Assembly (NCBI GenBank): GCA_039934415.1
Contig: JBDTME010000001.1
Location: forward strand, 265,417 to 329,416
DNA length: 64,000 nucleotides
Reading direction: 5' to 3'
Origin: Patescibacteria group bacterium
GTDB taxonomy: Bacteria > Patescibacteriota > Microgenomatia > UBA1400 > PJMF01
Below the pieces are notes generated by a model. The model was not told the DNA's origin, ran no database searches, and saw only the letters and a list, made by a program, of their open reading frames with translations. The translations under genes and the position numbers were made by a program. Every line of letters starts with the position of its first letter. The first letter of the stretch is position 1. This document shows positions 29,361 through 38,035 of this stretch, piece after piece.

Positions 29361-29461
29361 AGTTCTTGCACTTCATTTGCGAAATATCGTTGCTACTCAG
29401 GAGAGCAGCTAGTTTGTCAGTATTACTACTGACTATTTTTGAATCTATTCGATTGTTGGTG

Positions 29462-29944
29462 CTAGACGACGGCGTTATTCTCGTCCAACGTGGCAAAGGT
29501 GCTGCTGCCGACATGAGCCTCGCTCAGAATGGAGACCGGGAACGTGTGTTCGCCGAACTTCACCGACTTGAGGTTGACAACAGGGCGTTCAACGCCACCC
29601 TCTATAAACTGGCTGGTATCCATCGTGCTTTCTTCAGCGCCGTCAAAGTCGCTCGCCTTGATGGTTCCGTCCAAAAACAGGCGGACTGCAACACGGCTGC
29701 TCATCATCACACACCGGATATTGCCGAGGTTACCGTCAGCCTTGTCCTGCTCGATGACTGCAAGAACGTCCTCGCGGGCTGGTGCAGGGGAAACCTGTGT
29801 CATCACATAGGAGGGTTCATCACCGCTGCCAAAGTTGATGCCGATTGCCCAGCTATTGCCCATCGGGGAGCCTTGCAGACCGAACAGGGTTACCGAACGG
29901 TTTTCAACGTTAAAATGCTCACCAGTCTTTACCATCATTGCCAT
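29462..29944 (-). CDS. Hypothetical protein (GC-richer than flanks)
   Basis: GAGGAG RBS before ATG 29944; upstream promoter and downstream terminator on the same strand. Confidence 0.65.
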   Translation of the reverse strand: MAMMVKTGEHFNVENRSVTLFGLQGSPMGNSWAIGINFGSGDEPSYVMTQVSPAPAREDVLAVIEQDKADGNLGNIRCVMMSSRVAVRLFLDGTIKASDFDGAEESTMDTSQFIEGGVERPVVNLKSVKFGEHTFPVSILSEAHVGSSTFATLDENNAVV

Positions 29945-29952
29945 GATATTCA

Positions 29953-30154
29953 CTCCTCAATAGAGATAACTATCCGAAGGTGGATAGCACTATAGCCACA
30001 GTATGACCATGGTGCTACCCATCTTCTTGAGGAGATTATTCGCAAATTTTAAAGAGCAAGCTTTTGCTATACCGTGCACATATTCTCTAGCAACTAGAGG
30101 TAATTAGCAGTTTAATAGCAGATAATATTATATCGCATTTAGCCCAAATTGCAA
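29953..30154 (-). promoter_or_regulatory. Promoter plus structured 5' leader with boxA-like motif
   Basis: TTGCAA-16-TATAAT (30154-30127); TGCTCTTTAAAA (30058-30047); CTCCTCAA/TTGAGGAG stem covering the RBS. Confidence 0.5.
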
Positions 30155-30240
30155 GTTATAGGCCTAAGGCAGTTAGTTACGGCGAAATCAAAAACCTTGA
30201 ATTTACCAGGAAAAAACAGATAGCATTAAAATGCTGAGTT

Positions 30241-31017
30241 TTATACGGTTTCCCAAGTATCTTCCTGAACACCTCTTTTTTGAATATCTGCTCGCAGTCC
30301 AAAGAAGAAACTGACGTCTGACTCTCCATCCAGCTTTACTCGGATGAATCGCTGAAGATATTTCCTCGAACGTTCATCTGGACAGATGAGGAGGACCTTG
30401 GGGAATGGTTTCTTCATTTCTTCTTGCCAGTACTGTTCATCGTAGTAGTTTAAATACTGTCTGATCCGTTTCCGTAGGATCATTCTGGGAGTCATGTCAT
30501 CAAAAACATCAATAAAATACCGTTTCGTATGCTTGTGCGGCTCGGTGATGACTGCGTAAGCATCTGGATGAGGTTTGATGAGAAACTCAATATCCGGATA
30601 TTCTGACTTAGTTAGGAGTTCCAAAGTCATTTGTGTGTCTTTTATCACCTCTAAAAAGGAAATGTATAGTTGAGACACAAAAATACAGTGCTCACGAAAA
30701 ATCAGGGAGTACTTTTCTTCTCTCCACACTCTATTTAATTGACTCTCACTAATCCTTTCGTTCGGATTGATCTTAAAGTATTTCCGACTGATATTCCCTA
30801 ACGAGTAGACTGCTGGAGATGCTGCTACAGTTTTCTCATAGTATTGTTTGACATAGTTTTTTTCGGTTAAGTCATTGAGCCAGTGAATGATTCTATTGTG
30901 GTGTTTGTGTTTAAGGAGAATTTGAATTTGTGGTCTTGTAAGGAATCGGAATCTATAAAGGAGAAGAAGGATATCTTTTTGTTTTGTGGTTATCGTGGGG
31001 AGTTCTGTTGAGTTCAT
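30241..31017 (-). CDS. Replication-relaxation family protein (Replic_Relax-like)
   Basis: wHTH start 'ILLLLYRFRFLTRPQI', 'EHCIFV', 'PHPDAY', 'YFIDVFD', 'FPKVLLIC'; start moved to MNSTE. Confidence 0.72.
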   Translation of the reverse strand: MNSTELPTITTKQKDILLLLYRFRFLTRPQIQILLKHKHHNRIIHWLNDLTEKNYVKQYYEKTVAASPAVYSLGNISRKYFKINPNERISESQLNRVWREEKYSLIFREHCIFVSQLYISFLEVIKDTQMTLELLTKSEYPDIEFLIKPHPDAYAVITEPHKHTKRYFIDVFDDMTPRMILRKRIRQYLNYYDEQYWQEEMKKPFPKVLLICPDERSRKYLQRFIRVKLDGESDVSFFFGLRADIQKRGVQEDTWETV

Positions 31018-31254
31018 GATCGTGTGTACTCGCACTCTCTTATCTATAAGAGATATGTACGTAGTTATATTTGCATGTGATAGCCTGAAATGAAACAAAA
31101 TAGTGTGACAATAAGCTGACACACTATAACTGCATCGAAATATATCATCTACCCACCATTTTGACAAGAAATTTTCCATCATTTCATGTTGACAACTATC
31201 CACATATGGATATATTATCTATCCATATAGTGATATAAACATTGGATACGAAGT

Positions 31255-31491
31255 ATGGAAAATCAGGAACTGGCGATTAACCCCTTGGAACTCAAACAAT
31301 TCATGCCGGAGACCGCTGAGCAAACAAAAATAAATAAAGTGCGTCATATATTAGGGGAAAGAGCGAAGACAATTGAAGATTCCCAACTCGAAACTCTTAT
31401 TGCTCAATGTGAGTACCTCTTAGACTGCTGGCTCGATGACTACGAACGAAATCTGTTTGATGGGAAGACGTTAAAAGAAATTGTGAAGTAA
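31255..31491 (+). CDS. Small hypothetical protein co-transcribed with the recombinase
   Basis: 78-aa ORF ending 7 bp before the LSR start. Confidence 0.7.
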   Translation: MENQELAINPLELKQFMPETAEQTKINKVRHILGERAKTIEDSQLETLIAQCEYLLDCWLDDYERNLFDGKTLKEIVK

Positions 31492-31498
31492 GAAGTGT

Positions 31499-33079
31499 AT
31501 GGCAATTAAAGTTCGATACAATCCAGAAATTGTGAAACCTAAAAATGCGGTCATTTATTTACGTGTTTCTACGGAAGAGCAAGTTGATAACTTTTCCTTA
31601 GGAACCCAAGAAGAAATCTGTAAAAAAGAAGCTCTACGACGAGGGTTCGAAATCATTAAAGTTTTTCGGGAAGAAGGAAAATCTGCGAAAACGATCACTG
31701 GCCGTCCAGCTCTATCGGAGATGCTATCATTCTGTCGGAAAAATAAAAAACTGTTCAGCGCCGTATTTGTCTACCGTTTAGATCGACTATCTCGTCAAAC
31801 GCAAGATTATCTCGCAATTCGTAAGCAAATGATTGAGTGTCAAATCACCCTCATTTCTGCAAGTGAGCCTACTGGGAATAGTCCGACTGAAAAGTTACTA
31901 GAAACAATCCTCGCTAGCTTTGCACAACACGATAACGAAGTTCGTGGCGAACGAGCGAAGAATGGGCTTCGAGCTCGGTACCTCTCAGGCTTAAGTATGG
32001 GAACCGTCCCAATAGGCTACAAGAATGAAAATGGCTATCCCGTGAAAGATGAACTAACGTTTGAGAAAATGCAGACTGCGTGGAAGCTCATGCTAACTGG
32101 CACAAAAACGTTACGTGAGACAGCCAGTCTCATGACTGAGTGGGGTTTAGGAAAAACATACAAAGGCAAAAAGTTTCCTCTTTATCATCAAACAGCCAAT
32201 CGTTTATTTCGAAATAAGTTCTACATGGGAATACTCACCTCCAATAAATACCCTGAAGAAGTCCGAGGTCAACACATTCCAATGATTACCTCTGAACAAT
32301 TTTATAAGGTTCAAGCTATTCTGGATGGCAGAAACACCAACCTGACTGCACCAAGCGTCAGACGCATGGTTGATCATACAGAGTTTCCTTTACGACGAAT
32401 TGTGCATTGTAGCTCTTGTGGGACAGCATTTACTGGGGCCTGGACGAAGGGGAGACAATGCAAGTACGCATACTATTTTTGTCGAAATCGGTGCGGCAAA
32501 CCATCCATTCCTGTAGAGGACGTTCATGTTGGTGTGAAAGAATCATTAAAGAAAATCTCACTAACTCCTGAGGGAATAAGAATGCTTATCTCATTTTTAC
32601 GCCACAACTATATCCAGAGAACAACGATTCTTCAAAAGAAAAAAGCCAGTGCTCAAGTCGAACTTACCAAACTATATGCCACACGGCAAACATTGGTTGA
32701 GAAAAATCTAAACGGGACATACTCTGATGAAATGTTTAAGGAACAAAACGCTATTTTAGAAGACAAAATAAAAGACTTGCTTACCGTTCAAGATACATCT
32801 TTACTTGCAAAATATTCTTTAGAAGAAACGGCAAAGTTTATAACGAGCAAATTATCGGATCTCAAGCAAACATATGAGAATTCACTTCTTGAAGAGAAAA
32901 AAGCTCTCCTGGGTTCGATATTTCCCTCCGGAGTGGCTTGGGAGTATCCAGGCGTTTCGAACCAAGATATTGGACCTATTTACCAATCTATTTTATCCTT
33001 TACCAATCATGTTGGCATGTATGGTCGGGGTGACTGGACTCGAACCAGCGACCTCACGCACCCCATGCGTGCATTCTAG
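31499..33079 (+). CDS. Large serine recombinase (integrase)
   Basis: IYLRVST catalytic Ser, REEGKSA, GRPAL, YRLDRLSR, PIGY, zinc ribbon CSSCG..YYFC...C, coiled coil; last codons read antisense through tRNA-Pro. Confidence 0.95.
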   Translation: MAIKVRYNPEIVKPKNAVIYLRVSTEEQVDNFSLGTQEEICKKEALRRGFEIIKVFREEGKSAKTITGRPALSEMLSFCRKNKKLFSAVFVYRLDRLSRQTQDYLAIRKQMIECQITLISASEPTGNSPTEKLLETILASFAQHDNEVRGERAKNGLRARYLSGLSMGTVPIGYKNENGYPVKDELTFEKMQTAWKLMLTGTKTLRETASLMTEWGLGKTYKGKKFPLYHQTANRLFRNKFYMGILTSNKYPEEVRGQHIPMITSEQFYKVQAILDGRNTNLTAPSVRRMVDHTEFPLRRIVHCSSCGTAFTGAWTKGRQCKYAYYFCRNRCGKPSIPVEDVHVGVKESLKKISLTPEGIRMLISFLRHNYIQRTTILQKKKASAQVELTKLYATRQTLVEKNLNGTYSDEMFKEQNAILEDKIKDLLTVQDTSLLAKYSLEETAKFITSKLSDLKQTYENSLLEEKKALLGSIFPSGVAWEYPGVSNQDIGPIYQSILSFTNHVGMYGRGDWTRTSDLTHPMRAF

Positions 33080-33098
33080 CCAACTGAACTACACCCCG
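33022..33098 (-). tRNA. tRNA-Pro (GGG)
   Basis: CGGGGTG/CACCCCG acceptor, CACGC-ATGGGGT-GCGTG anticodon arm, GGTTCGAGTCC, CCA end. Confidence 0.96.
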
Positions 33099-33246
33099 AT
33101 TTTTTATTTTAAATTGCTCATTCGCGTTTCATGTTCTTGTAAGGATTGTAAAACACAATAGCGTATGTTAATAGTTAGTTCACCCAAAAAAAATGTGAAA
33201 CATGCTGAGAATTGTAACGCAGTTCCCAGTAAAACGAAAGGTTATT

Positions 33247-34293
33247 ATGGCTAAACAAGCACAGGCTCCTATTGAGGCTTCTGAGAAATTAGAGGGCAAC
33301 CCAAAGTTGCAAGCATTGAATATTGCGATGTCACAAATTGAAAAACAATTTGGCAAAGGTTCTATCATGAAGATGGGTGACCAAGCTCGTCTATTAGCGG
33401 GTGTTCCCAGTATTTCAACTGGTTCACTGTCTTTGAACTTGGCGTTGGGAGTAGGTGGTTTTCCACGCGGTAGAGTTGTCGAAATCTATGGACCAGAAGC
33501 TTCTGGAAAAACAACAATCTGTTTACATGCCATTGCCGAAGCACAAAAAGCTGGAGGTACTGCAGCCTTCATCGATGCCGAGCATGCTTTAGACCCAATC
33601 CGCGCTCGCAAAATTGGAGTCGATCTCGATTCTCTCTTAATCTCACAACCGGATTATGGAGAGCAAGCATTAGAGATTGCTGAAATGCTGATACGTTCCG
33701 GAGCAGTTGACATCATCGTCGTTGACTCAGTCGCAGCACTCGTTCCGAAATCAGAAATCGAAGGTGAAATGGGCGACTCTCAAATGGGTGTCCAAGCTCG
33801 ATTGATGTCTCAAGCCATGAGAAAGTTGACCGCAGCTATTAGTAAATCCAAAACACTCCTCATTTTCACTAACCAGTTACGCATGAAGATCGGTGTCATG
33901 TTTGGTAATCCAGAAACAACCACTGGAGGAAACGCCTTAAAATTCTACGCCTCAGCACGTATTGATATGCGAAAAATTGGCTCAATCACTGAAGGTGAAA
34001 AAGTGGTTGGTAGTCGCCATCGTGCCAAAGTCGTCAAGAACAAAGTTGCACCTCCATTCAGAATCGCTGAATTTGACATGTATGACAGTGGAGTCTCTCG
34101 AGAAGGTGAAGTTGTCGACATCGGTGTAGAAAAAGGTGTCATTGAGAAAGCTGGTAGTTTCTTCAAGTTTAAAGGCGAAGTCATCGCTCAAGGAAGACAA
34201 GGCGCCTCTGAGAAGTTCAAAGAAGATACTTCACTCATGAAAGAAATTGAAAAAGAGATCTGGAAGAAGATAAAAGAGGAAGAGACAGCCTAG
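33247..34293 (+). CDS. recA: Recombinase RecA
   Basis: [38 protein letters not shown]; start at MAKQ. Confidence 0.98.
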   Translation: MAKQAQAPIEASEKLEGNPKLQALNIAMSQIEKQFGKGSIMKMGDQARLLAGVPSISTGSLSLNLALGVGGFPRGRVVEIYGPEASGKTTICLHAIAEAQKAGGTAAFIDAEHALDPIRARKIGVDLDSLLISQPDYGEQALEIAEMLIRSGAVDIIVVDSVAALVPKSEIEGEMGDSQMGVQARLMSQAMRKLTAAISKSKTLLIFTNQLRMKIGVMFGNPETTTGGNALKFYASARIDMRKIGSITEGEKVVGSRHRAKVVKNKVAPPFRIAEFDMYDSGVSREGEVVDIGVEKGVIEKAGSFFKFKGEVIAQGRQGASEKFKEDTSLMKEIEKEIWKKIKEEETA

Positions 34294-34525
34294 CCACTTT
34301 GGCTAGGTTCTCGCATTGCTTTTTGAGCCTAATTTTTGTATAATTGGAACGTTTGAAGTTCGTGAGACTCAAACAGAGAAGATATTCGATTTTTTGACTC
34401 ATTATTAGATATGAACACAAAATTTACTCAATTCAATCGAGCCGTTTTTCATTTGATTCTTTCTTCGCTGTCTACAGAATAATCTGTAGTTTCTCACGTA
34501 TCTTTTTCAGAAATTAGGGAGTCCT

Positions 34526-36133
34526 ATGTCATTCTTTGGTAAGTTATCACAACTTTTTGGAAATCTGGATCAACCACCAGGTTCTAAGCCAAAAACTCAA
34601 ACCCAACCTAAAAAGGTTCCTATTGTACCTATCGAGCCCTTAAAAGCTCGTCCATTAAAACCAACACCAACTCAGCTTCCGCCAAAACCAGCCCCTAGCA
34701 AACCAGCAGAGCCAGCAACAGTGGACTCTGAATCGTTGCGAGAAATCCAAGCGAAAACGAGAGAAATCATCGTCGAGGCACGAAGTGAAGCTCTGAAAAT
34801 CCGAGAGAGAGCTGAAGATGAGGCACGACGAGCTAGACAAAGCCTCGCTGACCAACAACGCTCATTGGATCAAAAACTCAACAATCTAGACCAAAAACTT
34901 AGTAACCTCGATACAAAAGAAGAAAGTGTCGAAAAACTCAGAGAGAACCTCCAAACTGAACTCGATACTCTAAAGAAGAGTAAGGAAAGCGTCCTCAAAA
35001 AACTCGAATCTGTATCTAAAATGACGACTGACGAGGCTCGCACGTTTCTCTTTAAAAATCTCGAAACAAAACTGTCAAAAGAAATGGCAGTTATCGTTCG
35101 TCAAAAAGAAGAGGAAACCAAGCAAGCTGCTGATCAAAAAGCACGCGAAGTCATCGTAGAAGCGATGAAACATGGTGCCACTGATTTTGTTCCAGAATAT
35201 ACTGTTTCAGTCGTTAAACTGCCTGATGAAGAAGTCAAAGGTCGCATCATCGGAAAAGGTGGTCGAAATATCCACACTTTTGAACGCGCCACAGGCGTCG
35301 ATGTAGATCTGGATGGTGCACCAACTGAAGTTCGACTCTCCTGTTTCGACCCGATTCGACGAGAAATCGCTCGCATTGCGCTCATGAACTTGATTAAAGA
35401 TGGCCGTATTCAACCTACTAGAATTGAAGAAATTGTCATCAAAATCTCAAAAGACATGGACAAAGTCATTTTTGAAGAAGGTAAAAAACTCTGCCACAGC
35501 ATTGGTGTCTACAATTTGCCAAGTGAACTCATTACATTGATTGGGAAATATAAGTACCACGTCGTCAATGGTCAACAAATGTCCGCTCACACCACAGAAC
35601 AAACTAAAATTGGTGTCAAACTCGCACAAGAAGTCGGCGCAAACGTTGATGTCGTCCGATTAGGCTGCTTACTCCAAGACGTCGGAAAAGTCATCATGGA
35701 TGCCGAAGCTGACCACGTAGAGCTCGGTGTTCGACTCTTGAAGAAGTACAACATGCCACCAGCAGTCATCGAGTGTGTCGCTCAACATGAAGAAGACGAA
35801 CCATTTACCAGTATAGAGAGCGTCTTAGTCAATATTGCAGACAAAATCACCAGCTCCCGACCAGGTGCCAGTTATAAAGATTTTGAAGAACATGTTGCCC
35901 GACTAGAAAAATTGGAAGAGATTGCATTGTCATACGAAGCAGTCGAGAAAGCATTTGCAATCCAAGCCGGTCGTGAAGTTCGCATCGTCCTCAATCCTGA
36001 AAAATCCAAAGATGATGACGTCATAGCAATCTCACACTCCATCAAAGAACAAATTCAGAATGAAATGGCCTACCCAGGAACAGTCAAAGTAACAGTCATT
36101 CGGGAAAGTAGAGTCAAGAAGATTGCGAGATAA
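34526..36133 (+). CDS. rny: Ribonuclease Y homologue (KH + degenerate HD domain)
   Basis: KGRIIGKGGRNI, SCFDPIRRE, DGRIQP, FAIQAGREVR, YPGTVKVTVIRE; HD reads QD. Confidence 0.88.
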   Translation: MSFFGKLSQLFGNLDQPPGSKPKTQTQPKKVPIVPIEPLKARPLKPTPTQLPPKPAPSKPAEPATVDSESLREIQAKTREIIVEARSEALKIRERAEDEARRARQSLADQQRSLDQKLNNLDQKLSNLDTKEESVEKLRENLQTELDTLKKSKESVLKKLESVSKMTTDEARTFLFKNLETKLSKEMAVIVRQKEEETKQAADQKAREVIVEAMKHGATDFVPEYTVSVVKLPDEEVKGRIIGKGGRNIHTFERATGVDVDLDGAPTEVRLSCFDPIRREIARIALMNLIKDGRIQPTRIEEIVIKISKDMDKVIFEEGKKLCHSIGVYNLPSELITLIGKYKYHVVNGQQMSAHTTEQTKIGVKLAQEVGANVDVVRLGCLLQDVGKVIMDAEADHVELGVRLLKKYNMPPAVIECVAQHEEDEPFTSIESVLVNIADKITSSRPGASYKDFEEHVARLEKLEEIALSYEAVEKAFAIQAGREVRIVLNPEKSKDDDVIAISHSIKEQIQNEMAYPGTVKVTVIRESRVKKIAR

Positions 36134-36224
36134 GTCATAGAAGTCAATTTGACATTTCATGTCTGACGGACTGAAATATTTTAAGATTCACTACATCTAG
36201 AAAATAAGGTAAAGTATAATTCAC

Positions 36225-36632
36225 ATGACATTTGAAGAACTTAATTCTAAAACTGTGGCGATTCGTGCTCACAAAATTTCCTACGATTTTTTTGATCGAA
36301 CACTCGAGTTAATCGTCACCCCAGAATATGGAATAAAAGACGAAGTAAAAGGACGAAAATTCTCACTTCATTTTGAAGGCTGCATTTTTTTATCCACTAA
36401 AGGTTTAATAAATCATAGTGAGTCGGGGGTAGAATTTGTAAGTTGGGGGAAATTTAAAGATAAAAACAAGACGATTGAGCTTGTTAGTATTCCTAGCAGT
36501 ATGCAAGGCATTGAGGATTTTGGCACAAAACTAGGTGATGATATTAATAATTATTATAGCTATTTTTTTGAAAATGCTTTTGGCGACAACACCTATGTAA
36601 CGTGTTCAAAAGTTATTGTAAGAGAATTATAA
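36225..36632 (+). CDS. Hypothetical protein (AT-rich)
   Basis: 135-aa ORF with TATAAT just upstream and a terminator downstream. Confidence 0.65.
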   Translation: MTFEELNSKTVAIRAHKISYDFFDRTLELIVTPEYGIKDEVKGRKFSLHFEGCIFLSTKGLINHSESGVEFVSWGKFKDKNKTIELVSIPSSMQGIEDFGTKLGDDINNYYSYFFENAFGDNTYVTCSKVIVREL

Positions 36633-36668
36633 AAAAATGCCCTCAGCGATTAAACCAAGGGCATTTTA
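36632..36668. terminator. Bidirectional intrinsic terminator
   Basis: AAAATGCCCT...AGGGCATTTT. Confidence 0.72.
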
Positions 36669-36690
36669 CTTACTAACAGACTTACTTAAA

Positions 36691-36766
36691 TGAAGGCGTC
36701 TGGACTTGAACCAGTTTCGGTTTCTCTTTCGAGACGTACCACATTAAGATCGATCTTTACACCTTC
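36691..36766 (-). ncRNA. tRNA-like RNA lacking a canonical anticodon arm
   Basis: 7-bp acceptor GAAGGTG/CGCCTTC + A, U8A9, short D-like hairpin, T arm CTGG-TTCAAGT-CCAG, GAAA-tetraloop hairpin in place of the anticodon arm. Confidence 0.55.
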
Positions 36767-36831
36767 TCGACCTCGTTTAATAAAAATCTCGTAGTTTCTC
36801 TTCAGTACTTTTCATAAATTGAGCTGACCTT

Positions 36832-37830
36832 TTACAACTTCGCTTTTGCTTTGAGTGGTTTCCACCATGCCTCGTTCTCTTTAAACCACTGGATCGTTTT
36901 TTCCAGCCCCTCTTCCAACGTCACTGAGGGCGCCCAACCTAGTTCATTTTTGATCTTGGTCCAATCAACAGCGTAGCGACGATCATGACCTTTACGGTCT
37001 TCTACAAACTCAATCGCTGACTCATCTTCCCCCATCATTTGAATAATCATCCTCACCACATCAATATTGCTCACATCATCCTGTAAACCGCCGACAACAT
37101 AGGTATCTCCAGGCTGTCCATTCAGCAAAACCGTTGCAATCGCACTACAATGATCCTCAACAAACAACCAATCTCGCACATTCAATCCATCACCATACAC
37201 AGGCACTTTTTTTCCTTCCAGTAAGTTCGTGATGGCAAGCGGGAATAATTTTTCTGGAAAATGATTTGGTCCATAGTTGTTTGAGCAATTCGTCATGGTG
37301 TACTGCAAGCCATACGTCTCTCCATACGCCCTAACAATATGATCAGCTCCAGCTTTGCTAGCAGAGTATGGACTTCGTGGATCATAGGCAGTCGTTTCTG
37401 AAAATTTCTCTTCACTTCCTAATTCCAGAGAGCCAAACACTTCATCAGTTGAGATATGATGAAAGCGCTCCACTTTCGCTTTCAACGCTGCCTCTAATAG
37501 CACTTGTGTGCCGATGACATTCGTTTCCAAGAATACAGCTGGACCAGTGATTGATCGATCTACGTGTGTCTCGGCGGCAAAATGAACAACGTGAGTTATT
37601 CCATTCATCGCCTCTTGGACCTGTTGAGCATTACGAATATCACCTTTGATAAAACGATAACGCGGATTATTTTCAACATCTGTAAGCGATGTCAAACTAC
37701 CCGCATACGTGAGCAAATCAAAGTTAACAATTTCACCATCTGGGTAATGTTGCAACCAATGATGAATAAAATTTGAGCCTATAAAGCCCGCTCCACCAGT
37801 CACTAATATACGCATATTGGAATCCGCCAT
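36832..37830 (-). CDS. rfbB: dTDP-glucose 4,6-dehydratase
   Basis: [43 protein letters not shown]. Confidence 0.95.
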   Translation of the reverse strand: MADSNMRILVTGGAGFIGSNFIHHWLQHYPDGEIVNFDLLTYAGSLTSLTDVENNPRYRFIKGDIRNAQQVQEAMNGITHVVHFAAETHVDRSITGPAVFLETNVIGTQVLLEAALKAKVERFHHISTDEVFGSLELGSEEKFSETTAYDPRSPYSASKAGADHIVRAYGETYGLQYTMTNCSNNYGPNHFPEKLFPLAITNLLEGKKVPVYGDGLNVRDWLFVEDHCSAIATVLLNGQPGDTYVVGGLQDDVSNIDVVRMIIQMMGEDESAIEFVEDRKGHDRRYAVDWTKIKNELGWAPSVTLEEGLEKTIQWFKENEAWWKPLKAKAKL

Positions 37831-37847
37831 CTCGATCTCCTTAGACT

Positions 37848-38033
37848 TTACTTTTTCTCATTTAAGAGTGAATTCATTAATGTGCCACTATCTTGTTCTG
37901 GCAAACACCGAGCAGCTAATCGCTGAGTCTCGGTAAAGAAGTACCCGGCAACTAAAGCCAGCACGACGATCACTGCAATTAAAAAACGAGTCAACCAAAT
38001 TTGTGGAATTGGATTTACTTTCTGAAAGAACAT
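37848..38033 (-). CDS. Small single-TM protein
   Basis: 61 aa, one TM helix, fills the operon gap. Confidence 0.55.
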   Translation of the reverse strand: MFFQKVNPIPQIWLTRFLIAVIVVLALVAGYFFTETQRLAARCLPEQDSGTLMNSLLNEKK

Positions 38034-38035
38034 AT

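Larger units (their letters stand above)
23218..33033. mobile_element. Integrative element / genomic island at tRNA-Pro(GGG), encoding a large serine recombinase
   Basis: 10-bp direct repeat GTCGGGGTGA at 23218-23227 and 33024-33033 (tRNA 3' acceptor strand); contains LSR, replication-relaxation protein, XRE regulators and cargo. Confidence 0.85.

Noticed and set aside
29339-29995. 218-aa plus-strand ORF
   Set aside because: Shadow of the minus-strand gene, which has a promoter, RBS and terminator.
23218-33033. Prophage
   Set aside because: No capsid, terminase, portal, tail or lysis genes.
32874-33161. 95-aa ORF
   Set aside because: Overlaps the LSR out of frame and is antisense to tRNA-Pro.
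36777-36815. 12-aa ORF MKSTEEKLRDFY just upstream of the tRNA-like element (possible leader or tag peptide)
   Set aside because: Too short to support without homologues, and the arrangement does not fit one- or two-piece tmRNA.
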